64,000 bases of DNA, taken from Acidobacteriota bacterium. Its GTDB lineage: Bacteria > Acidobacteriota > Thermoanaerobaculia > Multivoradales > UBA5704. The notes beneath the pieces were generated by a model, which was not told the DNA's origin, ran no database searches, and saw only the letters and a list, made by a program, of their open reading frames with translations. The translations under genes were made by a program, and so were the position numbers. The DNA lies in assembly GCA_040005235.1 (NCBI GenBank), contig JBDTZG010000014.1, positions 42,206-106,205 of the forward strand, written 5' to 3'. Positions within the stretch are counted from its first letter, which is position 1; each line of letters opens with the position of its first letter. Below are positions 40,901 through 48,732 of the stretch, in pieces.

Positions 40901-43900
40901 TGCTTGAGAAGTACGTTACGGTGCAGGCGGTGGCGGAGTATCTCGACCGCGAGATGCCGCCGTCGCCGGCCGTCGCCGAACCCTTGGCCGTGGCAGACCT
41001 TCCTCCCGCCGCCGCAGGACCGGCACCGTCAGACGATGACCTTCCCGCTGCCGGGACTGTTTCGTCCGAGCATCTCGACCGCATCATCAACCGGCAGCTT
41101 GAGCTGATGGCGCGCCAGCTGGAGCTCCTGCGCGGGCCGGGACGGGCCGCCGCCCCGGCATCTCGCCCGTCGGAGCCGGCTCCCATCGCCTCCCCGATCT
41201 CTCAGGCTGCCGCTCCCGAAATGCGGCACCCGTTTGCCGCCAAACCGATCCTTACCGAGGCCCCCGGCACCTTCACGGAACCCCAGCGCCGGCATTTGGA
41301 CGACCTCATTTCGCGCCATACCCGGCGCACCGCGGAGTCCAAGCGCCGGACCCAGATGCATCGGCCCCACCTGGCCGAAAATCGGGCTTCGGTGGGGTTC
41401 CGGATGCTCTGGAAGGAGATGGTCTACCCCTTGATCGCCGAACGCTCGGAGGGCGGCCGGTTGTGGGATGTGGACGGCAACGAATACGTCGACATCGCGA
41501 TGGGATTCGGAGTTCACCTTTTCGGCCACTCGCCGGCTTTCGTGGTCGAAGCGCTGAACCACCAGATACGGCGTGGGTTGCAGCTCGGGCCGCAATCGGA
41601 CCTGGCCGGCGAAGTCGCCGCCCTCCTCTGCGAAGCGACCGGCATGGAGCGAGCGACCTTCGCCAACTCGGGCACCGAGGCCGTGATGACCGCGATGCGG
41701 GTGGCGCGTGCCGTCACCGGCCGAAATCGGATTGCAATATTCAACGGCTCCTACCATGGTTCCTTCGACGGTACCCAGGTTCGCCGAGTGATGCGCGATG
41801 GGCTGGCTCAGCCTGTACCGAGCGCGCCAGGCGTACCGCCGGGAATGGTGGAGGACCTCCTGGTCCTCGACTACGATCGTCCAGAATCCCTGGAGGAGAT
41901 CCGTCGTCAGGGGCGGGATCTCGCCGCGGTCTTGGTCGAGCCGGTGCAGAGTCGACGGCCGGATCTGCAGCCGCGAGAGTTCCTTCTGGAATTGCGGCGG
42001 ATCACCGAGGAGAGCGGAACCGTTCTGATTTTCGACGATGTCATCCAGGGATTTCGCTGCCACACAGGGGGCAGCCAGGCCGTCTTCGGCGTCCGTGCAG
42101 ACCTTGCGGTTTATGGCAAGGTGGTGGGTGGCGGCCTGCCGATTGGAGTCCTGGCCGGCACGTCGAAGGTGATGGATGCCATCGATGGCGGCTATTGGAG
42201 TTTCGGCGACGACTCCTATCCGCGCGCCGACAAGACATTTTTCGCCGGAACGTTCTGCAAACACCCGCTGAGCATGGCCGCTGCGCTTGCGGTCCTTCGC
42301 CATCTTCGGGAGGAGGGGCCGGCTCTCCAAGAGCGCATCAACGATCGTACGGCGGCCCTCGCCGCCGAGCTGAACGCGTTCTTTTCCGCCGAGCGTTTTC
42401 CGGTCGAGGTCGTTCACTTCGGCTCCCTGTTTCGCTTCCAGTTCAATCGCGACCAGGATCTCGGCGATCTGTTCTTTTTCCACCTTCTCGAACATGGCGT
42501 CTATACGTGGGAAGGCCGGACCTGCTTCCTCTCGACCGCCCATACCGAAAAGGACCTGGAAATCCTGGTCGATGCGGTTCGGCGCAGTGTCGCCGACCTT
42601 CGAGCCGGAGGATTTTTCATCCCGGCGGAGCCGCTTCCGGTTCCGTTGGAAGCCCTGGTGGAGCGCCTGCCCCTCACCGCCGCCCAGCGTGGGATCTGGT
42701 CGCTCTGTCAGCTCGATCCCGCGGCTTCAGGTGCCTTCAACGAAAGCATCGTCTGCCGCTTCGACGGGCCGATCGAATTGGGGGGCCTGCGCCGCGCCCT
42801 GCAAAGGGTCGTCGATCGCCACGACGTGCTGCGAGTCACCTTCGATTCCGATGGCGAGCATCAGGTGGTCCATTCGCGCATTGGGGTCGGCATTCCCTTG
42901 ATCGACTTGCAGGTACTGCCGTCGGAGAGACGGACGATGCGCGAAGCCGATCTCGTGAGCGGTGGCCAAGGGCGAGAAGTTTTCGATCTCGAGCACGGAC
43001 CGTTGCTGCGAGCTCGGCTCTACCATTTCGAGCCTGACCGTCATCTTCTCGACCTGACGGTTCATCACTTGGTGACGGACGGCTGGTCCCTGGGTCTACT
43101 GCTGAGCGAAATTCGCCAGCTTTACGTCGGCGAGCTGGAGGGCGCGGCGGTCGAGCTGCCGGCCCCTACGCCGTTCAGGTGGTATGTCGAGCTGCAGGAT
43201 CAACGCCTCGGGAGCGCCGGCCACGAGCATGTGGAAGCGTATTGGCTCGCTCGGTTCGGCGGTGCGATACCCGAGCTCAACCTTCCTTGCGACTTGCCGC
43301 GGCCGTCGCTCAAGAGCTACCGGGGTGCCCGGCTTTCGCGTCAAATCGGCGACGACGCGCTGTTGCCGGCTCTGCGGACGCTATGCCGAGATCAGCGCTG
43401 CACCCTTTTCATGCTGCTGCTCAGCGCCTTCGAGGCCTTGATGCAGCATCTCACCGGTGCGGACGACCTGGTCGTCGGCATCACCCTGGCCGAGCAACCG
43501 AGTCTCGACTCCCAGACGCTGATGGGCTACTGCTTGAACGTGCTGCCGCTGCGGGTTCCCGCAGAGGTCGATCTCCCGTTCCGCGAGCTCTTGGCGCGGA
43601 CCCGGCACGGCCTCGCCGAGGCTCAGGAGAATCAGGCCTACGACATCGCCCGCCTAGTCAAAAAACTCGAATTGCGAGGTGACCGAAGCCGGAGCCCGAT
43701 CTTTACCGTCGGGTTCAACCATGAGCGAGGTGAGGTTTGGCATGCTCCGGGCGGCTTGCGGGTAGAGCAGGTGTCGAGCCCGAACGTGGCGGCACAGCTC
43801 GATCTCTCCTGGATGACCGTCGAGATGAGCGGTTCGCTGACCGTCCATTGCATCTACAGCACCGACCTGTTCGTCGAGGAGCGGGTCGTCGGCTGGATCG

Positions 43901-44088
43901 AGATCTACGAACGGTTGTTGGGAATTGTCGTTCGGGAACCGGACATCCGATTGAGCGACCTCGGCGAAATCCTGGTCCGGCAAGCGGCGGAAAGGCTCGA
44001 ACGCGATCGGGTAGTCCGACGCTCGTCCAGCCTGTCGAAGCTGCGACGCACGGAACGCAAGCCGCTCGTTTCGGCACAGGGCTCGTGA
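37930..44088 (+). CDS. Hybrid PKS: KS-AT(malonyl)-ACP-aminotransferase (class III, PLP)-C (McyE/MycA-like arrangement)
   Basis: The TTG start overlaps the previous TGA. KS: VQTACSTS, HGTGT, NLGHL. AT: GHSLGE and HAFHS. ACP: GVDSLL (~40822). AMT: WDVDGNEYVD, NSGTEA, IFDDVIQGFR, YGKVVGGGLP (PLP Lys ~42118). C-terminal C domain HHLVTDGWS. Confidence 0.95.
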   Translation: MNQEGGNEIAVIGLAGRFPGASSVDELWSNLCAGIESISVFSEDDLNAAGISAELLRLPNYVRAKGVLVDVDLFDYGFFAIGARIAQVMDPQHRIFLECSWEALESAGYDAERFSGAVGVFAGCGLNSYFFQCVAPNFQLVASLGELQTTLVNDKDFLATQVSYKLGLRGPSVTVQTACSTSLVAVHIACQSLLMGECDMALAGGVSVKFPHQAGYLYQPESILSPDGHCRPFDAAANGTVNGSGAGVVVLRRLADALAAGDTVLAVIKGSAVNNDGSQKAGFTAPSLDGQAKVIAEAMAVAGVEPESISFVEGHGTGTAVGDPIEVAALSQAFAATAKTDRKGFCALGSIKGNLGHLDAASGIAGLIKAVLALRYGKLPPSLHFERPNPAIDLAESPFFVNDRLAEWPTDRGPLRAGVSSFGLGGTNAHVVLEEAPLAAPTTPPVRAPQLLVLSARTATALERMAGRLAESMRQGSDPSAVLSAIPSPGSSPIPAELPEIAFTLQTGRKVFEYRRTLVCRDREEAVAALSAGIGRTLRDSARNRPVVFLFPGQGEQRIGMGAGLYATEPVFQAEVDRACDLLKPHLGFDLRDVLYPAPAAAEEMALRLTQTAVAQPALFVVEHALAQLWMSWGIVPQATIGHSLGEYVAACLGGALSLADALALVAFRGQLMQSVSPGAMLAVRLTPEAVRKKLAEPLGEGLALAAVNGAERCVVSGPLDAILALEGDWSSDGVPCRRLETSHAFHSAMMEPVLDAFRRRLEGIRFGKVQIPWLSNLTGGWITQSEASDAAYWCAHLRQTVRFGDGVRELLGEDRIFLEVGPGAVLGNLVKQAAGKSAVPVLRSLPPGREERSDEPTALLETLGDLWRHGARISWNAFHKGTRRRRVLLPTYPFEREKAWLEPPAAGPMKILEPSVQNPVLISPVPVSASRLPEILAGLSSVVGDLIGARPDQIDPSIPFLDVGVDSLLLIQASQAIHRRFGIKISLAELLEKYVTVQAVAEYLDREMPPSPAVAEPLAVADLPPAAAGPAPSDDDLPAAGTVSSEHLDRIINRQLELMARQLELLRGPGRAAAPASRPSEPAPIASPISQAAAPEMRHPFAAKPILTEAPGTFTEPQRRHLDDLISRHTRRTAESKRRTQMHRPHLAENRASVGFRMLWKEMVYPLIAERSEGGRLWDVDGNEYVDIAMGFGVHLFGHSPAFVVEALNHQIRRGLQLGPQSDLAGEVAALLCEATGMERATFANSGTEAVMTAMRVARAVTGRNRIAIFNGSYHGSFDGTQVRRVMRDGLAQPVPSAPGVPPGMVEDLLVLDYDRPESLEEIRRQGRDLAAVLVEPVQSRRPDLQPREFLLELRRITEESGTVLIFDDVIQGFRCHTGGSQAVFGVRADLAVYGKVVGGGLPIGVLAGTSKVMDAIDGGYWSFGDDSYPRADKTFFAGTFCKHPLSMAAALAVLRHLREEGPALQERINDRTAALAAELNAFFSAERFPVEVVHFGSLFRFQFNRDQDLGDLFFFHLLEHGVYTWEGRTCFLSTAHTEKDLEILVDAVRRSVADLRAGGFFIPAEPLPVPLEALVERLPLTAAQRGIWSLCQLDPAASGAFNESIVCRFDGPIELGGLRRALQRVVDRHDVLRVTFDSDGEHQVVHSRIGVGIPLIDLQVLPSERRTMREADLVSGGQGREVFDLEHGPLLRARLYHFEPDRHLLDLTVHHLVTDGWSLGLLLSEIRQLYVGELEGAAVELPAPTPFRWYVELQDQRLGSAGHEHVEAYWLARFGGAIPELNLPCDLPRPSLKSYRGARLSRQIGDDALLPALRTLCRDQRCTLFMLLLSAFEALMQHLTGADDLVVGITLAEQPSLDSQTLMGYCLNVLPLRVPAEVDLPFRELLARTRHGLAEAQENQAYDIARLVKKLELRGDRSRSPIFTVGFNHERGEVWHAPGGLRVEQVSSPNVAAQLDLSWMTVEMSGSLTVHCIYSTDLFVEERVVGWIEIYERLLGIVVREPDIRLSDLGEILVRQAAERLERDRVVRRSSSLSKLRRTERKPLVSAQGS
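39361..39408 (+). repeat. Degenerate 12-bp x4 in-frame repeat in the KS-AT linker
   Basis: GACCCCTCCGCG / GTCCTCTCCGCA / ATCCCCTCCCCA / GGCTCCTCCCCG encoding DPSA-VLSA-IPSP-GSSP; absent from the equivalent linker of the first PKS. Confidence 0.5.
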
Positions 44089-44095
44089 CCCGCTC

Positions 44096-47000
44096 ATGCC
44101 GGTGATCGAATCTTTCCGTCTCTCTCCTCAACAGGAGCGCCTTTGGCACCTCGGCCCCTCGTCGGTCTTTCGAGCGCAGTGCGCGGTGAATCTCGTGGGC
44201 CCGCTCGATCGCGCGGTCCTCGCGAGGGCCGTACGCGACGTCGTCCGGCGGCATGAAATCCTCCGTACCCGATTCGGCCTTTTCGGCGGCACGCTGGCGG
44301 CGCAGGCGCCCGGGGAAAGCGAGGATAGAGCTTGGGTCGAGCTCGATTTGCGCGCCGCCAACCCGCAAGACGGGACGAATCGCATCGCCGGAGCGTACGC
44401 CACCCAAGCGGAGACGCCGCCGGACCTCGGCGCCGGATCGATGCTCGACGTGCAGCTGGTGATTCTGGCGGAGGATCGACACCAGCTGTTGCTGCGCCTC
44501 CCCTCGCTGTGCGCCGACCGCCGAAGCCTTCGTAACCTGGTCCTGGCGATCGCGCGTTCCTATCAGGCCGCGATGGGCGACGGTGGTACCGGGGATCAAG
44601 CCGCCGCAATGCAGTACATCGAAATCGCGCAGTGGCAGGCGGAGCTGTTGGAATCGACGGATGGCGAAAACGAAAGGCGGCTCTGGCAGGAGAGAAGTCA
44701 GGCGGTCCAGAGCCTCCGACTTCCCCTCGGAGACCCAAGCTCGCCGGAAGTGGAGTCTCATCCCGAGTTGACGACTTTTGAGCTGGGGGAGGGGCGGATG
44801 GCCGGCCTGCGCGCTCTCGCGGATCGAATCGGCATCCCCATGTCGGCGCTTTTTCTCGCTACGTTCTCAGCGCTCCTGGCTCGCCTGGAGGAGTCGGGAA
44901 CGACCGCCCTGGGTCTCGTGGCGGAAGGGCGCACCTTCGACGATCTTGCCGACGCTCTCGGGCCGTTCAGCAAGTCCCTGCCTCTCGTCTTCGGCACGGA
45001 GCAAGGCACCCTTCCCTTCGACCGGTTCGCCCAGCGGGTGCGGAAGGACATGGACGAGGCGGCCGCCATTCAGGAGTTTCTCGAACCCGCCTTCCTTCCC
45101 CTTCGATTCGAGTGGGTCGAGGAGCCGCCGCAGGCGGTCGCGGCGGGGGTGACTTTCGTGATCGACCGCGAGTCGGTCATCACGGATCGCTTCGTCCTTC
45201 AACTCTCCTGTCACGGCGATTCCAGGGGATACTGCGAGCTGCTTTTCGATCCCTCGCGGATGGACCGGACCGAAGCCGAGCGACTGGCAGAGCGCTTTCG
45301 CTCCCTTCTCGACAGCGCTTTGGCCGAACCGTTGAAAACCCTGCGCGAGCTGAACGCCGTGGGGGAGAGGGAGCGAGCGTTCTTGCTCCGGGGTTTGAAT
45401 CCGGAGCGGGTTGTCTATCCGGACGCCGATCGATGCCTCCATGAGCTGTTCGAGGAGCAGGTGCGCCGGCGCCCCGGCGCTCCCGCCCTGGTCTTTGGCG
45501 GCACTTCCCTGACCTATGCCCAGCTCGATGCAAAATCGTCGGATCTTGCCGCCCGCCTGGCGAAACGAGGTGCAGGTCCCGAGGTGTTGGTCGGGATTTG
45601 CATGGAACGTTCGTTGGAGCTGGTAATCGGACTTCTCGGCATACTCAAAGCGGGCGCGGCCTACGTCCCGCTCGAGCCCTCCTATCCGAAAGAGCGGCTG
45701 GAGGCGATGCTGGAGGACCTTGCCGCGACCGGCCGCCTTCCTTTGATTGTCACCCGGGAGTCGCACCTGGCGGCGCTCCCGGAGCGGCCCATAGCGGACT
45801 CCGGTCTACTCCTCCTTTCGGCCGAAGAGCCCGTGGCTCAAGAACGGCATCCATCCGTGCGGATGAATCCCGGGCATCTGGCCTATTCGATCTTCACCTC
45901 GGGCTCCACTGGCCGTCCCAAAGGGGCGATGAACTCGCACCGCGGCGTGGTCAACCGCCTGCTATGGATGCAGCAAGTCTACGGTCTTTCCCCGCAGGAC
46001 CGCGTCTTACAAAAGACGCCGTTTAGTTTCGACGTTTCGGTTTGGGAGCTCTTTTGGCCTTTGATCTGCGGTGCCACCTTGGTGGTTGCAGAGCCGGATC
46101 GACACAAGGACAGCTCCTATCTGATCCGCATCTTGCGCGAGGAGAGGATCACCACGGTCCATTTCGTCCCTTCGCTGCTGCGCATTTTTCTCGAAGAGCC
46201 GACGGTGGCCTCGTGCGGGTCGCTTCATCGGGTCATCTGTAGCGGCGAGGCGCTGCCACCCGATTTGGTGAATCGCTTCTTCGATTGTTTCCGTGGCGAG
46301 CAGGCACCCGAGCTCCACAATCTTTACGGGCCTACGGAGGCGGCGGTCGATGTGACCTGGTGGCGATGCGCTTCCGGAGAAGAAGTGACGCCGATCGGCA
46401 CGCCGGTGGCCAACACCTGCATCTACCTGCTCGACCCGCCGGCAATGGCTTTGCGCCCGGTGCCCTTCGGCGCGCCGGGCGAGATCTGCATCGGCGGAGT
46501 CCAGGTCGGGCGGGGTTACCTGGGACGTCCCGACCTTACAGCCGAGCGTTTTCTGCCCGATCCGTTCTCTCGCGAGCCGGGCGACCGTCTGTATCGTACC
46601 GGCGACGTGGCGCGATACCTGCGCGACGGAGCCATCGAGTACCTTGGCCGCCTCGACGATCAGGTGAAGATTCGGGGGGTCCGGATCGAGCTCGGCGAGA
46701 TCGAGTCCGTCCTGCGCCGGCACGAGGGCGTGCTCGACGCGGCGGTGGTGGCGCGAGATGTCGCTCCGGGCGACCGGCGGCTCATCGCCTACGCGGTGAC
46801 CCGCGAAACGACCGCTCCGACCGTCGGCGAGTTGCGCTCCTATCTCGAGCGGCTGCTTCCCCAGGCCATGGTCCCTTCCCAGATCGTTCGATTGGCTGCG
46901 TTGCCGCTCACGCCCAGCGGCAAGGTGAATCGTCGAGCCTTGCCGCTTCCCGAACCGGAACGACCGGATCTGGAAGTCGCTTTCGTCGCTCCGCGGACCG

Positions 47001-48721
47001 CCGCCGAGAAATTGCTGGCGGGAATCTGGGCGGACCTCTTGCGCGTGAGCGACATCGGTGTCTTCGACGACTTCTTCCAGCTTGGAGGCGACTCCATCCT
47101 GGCGGTTCAGGCCGCGTCCAGGGCGAACCGCGCGGGACTTCGCCAATTGCCGATGCAGGTGTTCCGCCATCCAACGATCGCCGCGCTGGCGGCGCAGTCC
47201 GAGGCCCCAGAGACCCCTGAAACCGTAGCGGTCCCGGTCGCCCAGGACGCTCGCGTTCTAGAGGCCGCGGCAGGTCAGTTGGGTGCGAAGGCGGAGATCG
47301 TCGGCGCCTATCCGCTTTCGCCCATTCAGCAGGGGATTCTGTTTCACAGCGTTGAACGCCAGGATCCCAACCGGTACATCCTGCAGGTCAGCTCACTCCT
47401 TGCGGGGGAGCTGAACGTCGCCGCCTTGCGCTCTTCCTGGCAGCTCCTGGTGGCCCGCCACTCGATCTTCCGCACCGCTTTTCTCTGGGAAGGTCTGGAG
47501 GAGCCGGTTCAGGTGGTTCTCGCGCGCGTCGAAACTCTTTTCGCCAATGTGGATCTCGGCGCTCTCGAGCCGGCGGTGCGAGACCACGCGATCGACGAGT
47601 GGCTGGAGGCCGACCGCGCCGACGGGTTCGATTTCCGCGTCGCCCCTTTGATTCGTTTGGCGCTCTTTCATCTGGGCGAGAATAGCTATCAATTCGTTTG
47701 GACCTTCCATCACCTGGTCATGGACGGTTGGTCGGAACGAGTGGTTCTCGACGAGCTCAACCGTCTCTACTCGGACTTCTGCCGGGGTCCGGGGGTCGAG
47801 CTCGATCCGGCGCCGCAATTCGACGCTTACATCGAATGGCTACGTCGACGGGACCTCGCCTCGGCGGAAGCATTCTGGCGGGAGGAGTTGCAGGGTTTCA
47901 GTGGCTCGACTCCTCTCGAAGTGCCGGGCGATGGGGTGATCGAAACCGGCGAGGGGACGGGCGTCGAGGTCCGGCAACTTCTCTGGAGCGCGGAAGAGAC
48001 GGGTGCTCTTCGGTCGTTCGCCCAAGACTCCCGCCTTACCCTCAACACCCTGGTTCAGGGTGCCTGGGCTCTGTTGCTCGGAGTCGCGAGCAGCCGGCGG
48101 GACGTGGTCTTCGGGGCGACGGTTTCGGGACGCCCCGCCGACCTTTCGGGAGTCGAGTCGATCGTCGGACCTTTTCTCAACACTCTGCCGGTGCGCTTGC
48201 GTTGGCGGCCGGAGGAAAACCTCCTGCCCTGGCTGACCGAGGTCCAAAATCACTTCGCGGAGTTGCGGAGCTATGAGTTCAGCCCGCTGGTCGCCATTCA
48301 AGGCTGGAGCCAGGTGCCGCGCGGTTTGCCGGTTTTCGAGAGTCTCGTGGGATTCCAGAATCGGCCTTTGCTGCCCGAGGGGGAGCCGAAGCAGGCCGCG
48401 GGCGGCTTTGCGGTGCGCAGTCGCGGGTATCGCGGCGGGCGCAACAACTTCCCGCTTGGACTTGAGGTCGATCCCGGACCGCGGCTCAATTTGATGCTTG
48501 CCTATGACCGAGCACGGTTTCGGGCGGTGGGCATCGAGCTCCGGCTCAAGTTGTGCGCGACTCTGCTGGCGTCCTTCATGGCGCAGCCCGACGCGACGCT
48601 TTCCTCCCTGGAAACCAGCCTGGAAGGCAGCCTGCGGCGGTGGCACGAAGAGGACGACCGGCTGCGGGAGCAGCGGAATGTCCAGAATCTAAGGTTTGCG
48701 AGGCGGAGAGTCTCGTCGTAA
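44096..48721 (+). CDS. NRPS: C-like interface domain-A(Ser)-T-C(DCL-type)
   Basis: N-terminus FRLSPQQ...LPSLCAD. A code DVWHISLVDK (Ser). T with GGDSI (47084-47098). Terminal C YPLSPIQQGILFH...FHHLVMDGWS. No E domain. Confidence 0.95.
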   Translation: MPVIESFRLSPQQERLWHLGPSSVFRAQCAVNLVGPLDRAVLARAVRDVVRRHEILRTRFGLFGGTLAAQAPGESEDRAWVELDLRAANPQDGTNRIAGAYATQAETPPDLGAGSMLDVQLVILAEDRHQLLLRLPSLCADRRSLRNLVLAIARSYQAAMGDGGTGDQAAAMQYIEIAQWQAELLESTDGENERRLWQERSQAVQSLRLPLGDPSSPEVESHPELTTFELGEGRMAGLRALADRIGIPMSALFLATFSALLARLEESGTTALGLVAEGRTFDDLADALGPFSKSLPLVFGTEQGTLPFDRFAQRVRKDMDEAAAIQEFLEPAFLPLRFEWVEEPPQAVAAGVTFVIDRESVITDRFVLQLSCHGDSRGYCELLFDPSRMDRTEAERLAERFRSLLDSALAEPLKTLRELNAVGERERAFLLRGLNPERVVYPDADRCLHELFEEQVRRRPGAPALVFGGTSLTYAQLDAKSSDLAARLAKRGAGPEVLVGICMERSLELVIGLLGILKAGAAYVPLEPSYPKERLEAMLEDLAATGRLPLIVTRESHLAALPERPIADSGLLLLSAEEPVAQERHPSVRMNPGHLAYSIFTSGSTGRPKGAMNSHRGVVNRLLWMQQVYGLSPQDRVLQKTPFSFDVSVWELFWPLICGATLVVAEPDRHKDSSYLIRILREERITTVHFVPSLLRIFLEEPTVASCGSLHRVICSGEALPPDLVNRFFDCFRGEQAPELHNLYGPTEAAVDVTWWRCASGEEVTPIGTPVANTCIYLLDPPAMALRPVPFGAPGEICIGGVQVGRGYLGRPDLTAERFLPDPFSREPGDRLYRTGDVARYLRDGAIEYLGRLDDQVKIRGVRIELGEIESVLRRHEGVLDAAVVARDVAPGDRRLIAYAVTRETTAPTVGELRSYLERLLPQAMVPSQIVRLAALPLTPSGKVNRRALPLPEPERPDLEVAFVAPRTAAEKLLAGIWADLLRVSDIGVFDDFFQLGGDSILAVQAASRANRAGLRQLPMQVFRHPTIAALAAQSEAPETPETVAVPVAQDARVLEAAAGQLGAKAEIVGAYPLSPIQQGILFHSVERQDPNRYILQVSSLLAGELNVAALRSSWQLLVARHSIFRTAFLWEGLEEPVQVVLARVETLFANVDLGALEPAVRDHAIDEWLEADRADGFDFRVAPLIRLALFHLGENSYQFVWTFHHLVMDGWSERVVLDELNRLYSDFCRGPGVELDPAPQFDAYIEWLRRRDLASAEAFWREELQGFSGSTPLEVPGDGVIETGEGTGVEVRQLLWSAEETGALRSFAQDSRLTLNTLVQGAWALLLGVASSRRDVVFGATVSGRPADLSGVESIVGPFLNTLPVRLRWRPEENLLPWLTEVQNHFAELRSYEFSPLVAIQGWSQVPRGLPVFESLVGFQNRPLLPEGEPKQAAGGFAVRSRGYRGGRNNFPLGLEVDPGPRLNLMLAYDRARFRAVGIELRLKLCATLLASFMAQPDATLSSLETSLEGSLRRWHEEDDRLREQRNVQNLRFARRRVSS

Positions 48722-48732
48722 GGGGTGCAGCT

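Noticed and set aside
5-44088. Microcystin/nodularin cluster (Ala code DLFNNALTYK, DPRH-type A domain, KS-AT-ACP-AMT-C)
   Set aside because: The shared parts are in a different order. There is no Adda PKS, and the Cy, Gln, Thr, Gly and Asn modules do not fit, so no mcy gene symbols are assigned.
48553-48732. Longer N-terminus for the terminal NRPS
   Set aside because: Overlaps the previous gene by ~170 nt and is low-complexity. TTG 48733 has an RBS and places the LSPQQ motif at a similar offset to the sister genes.
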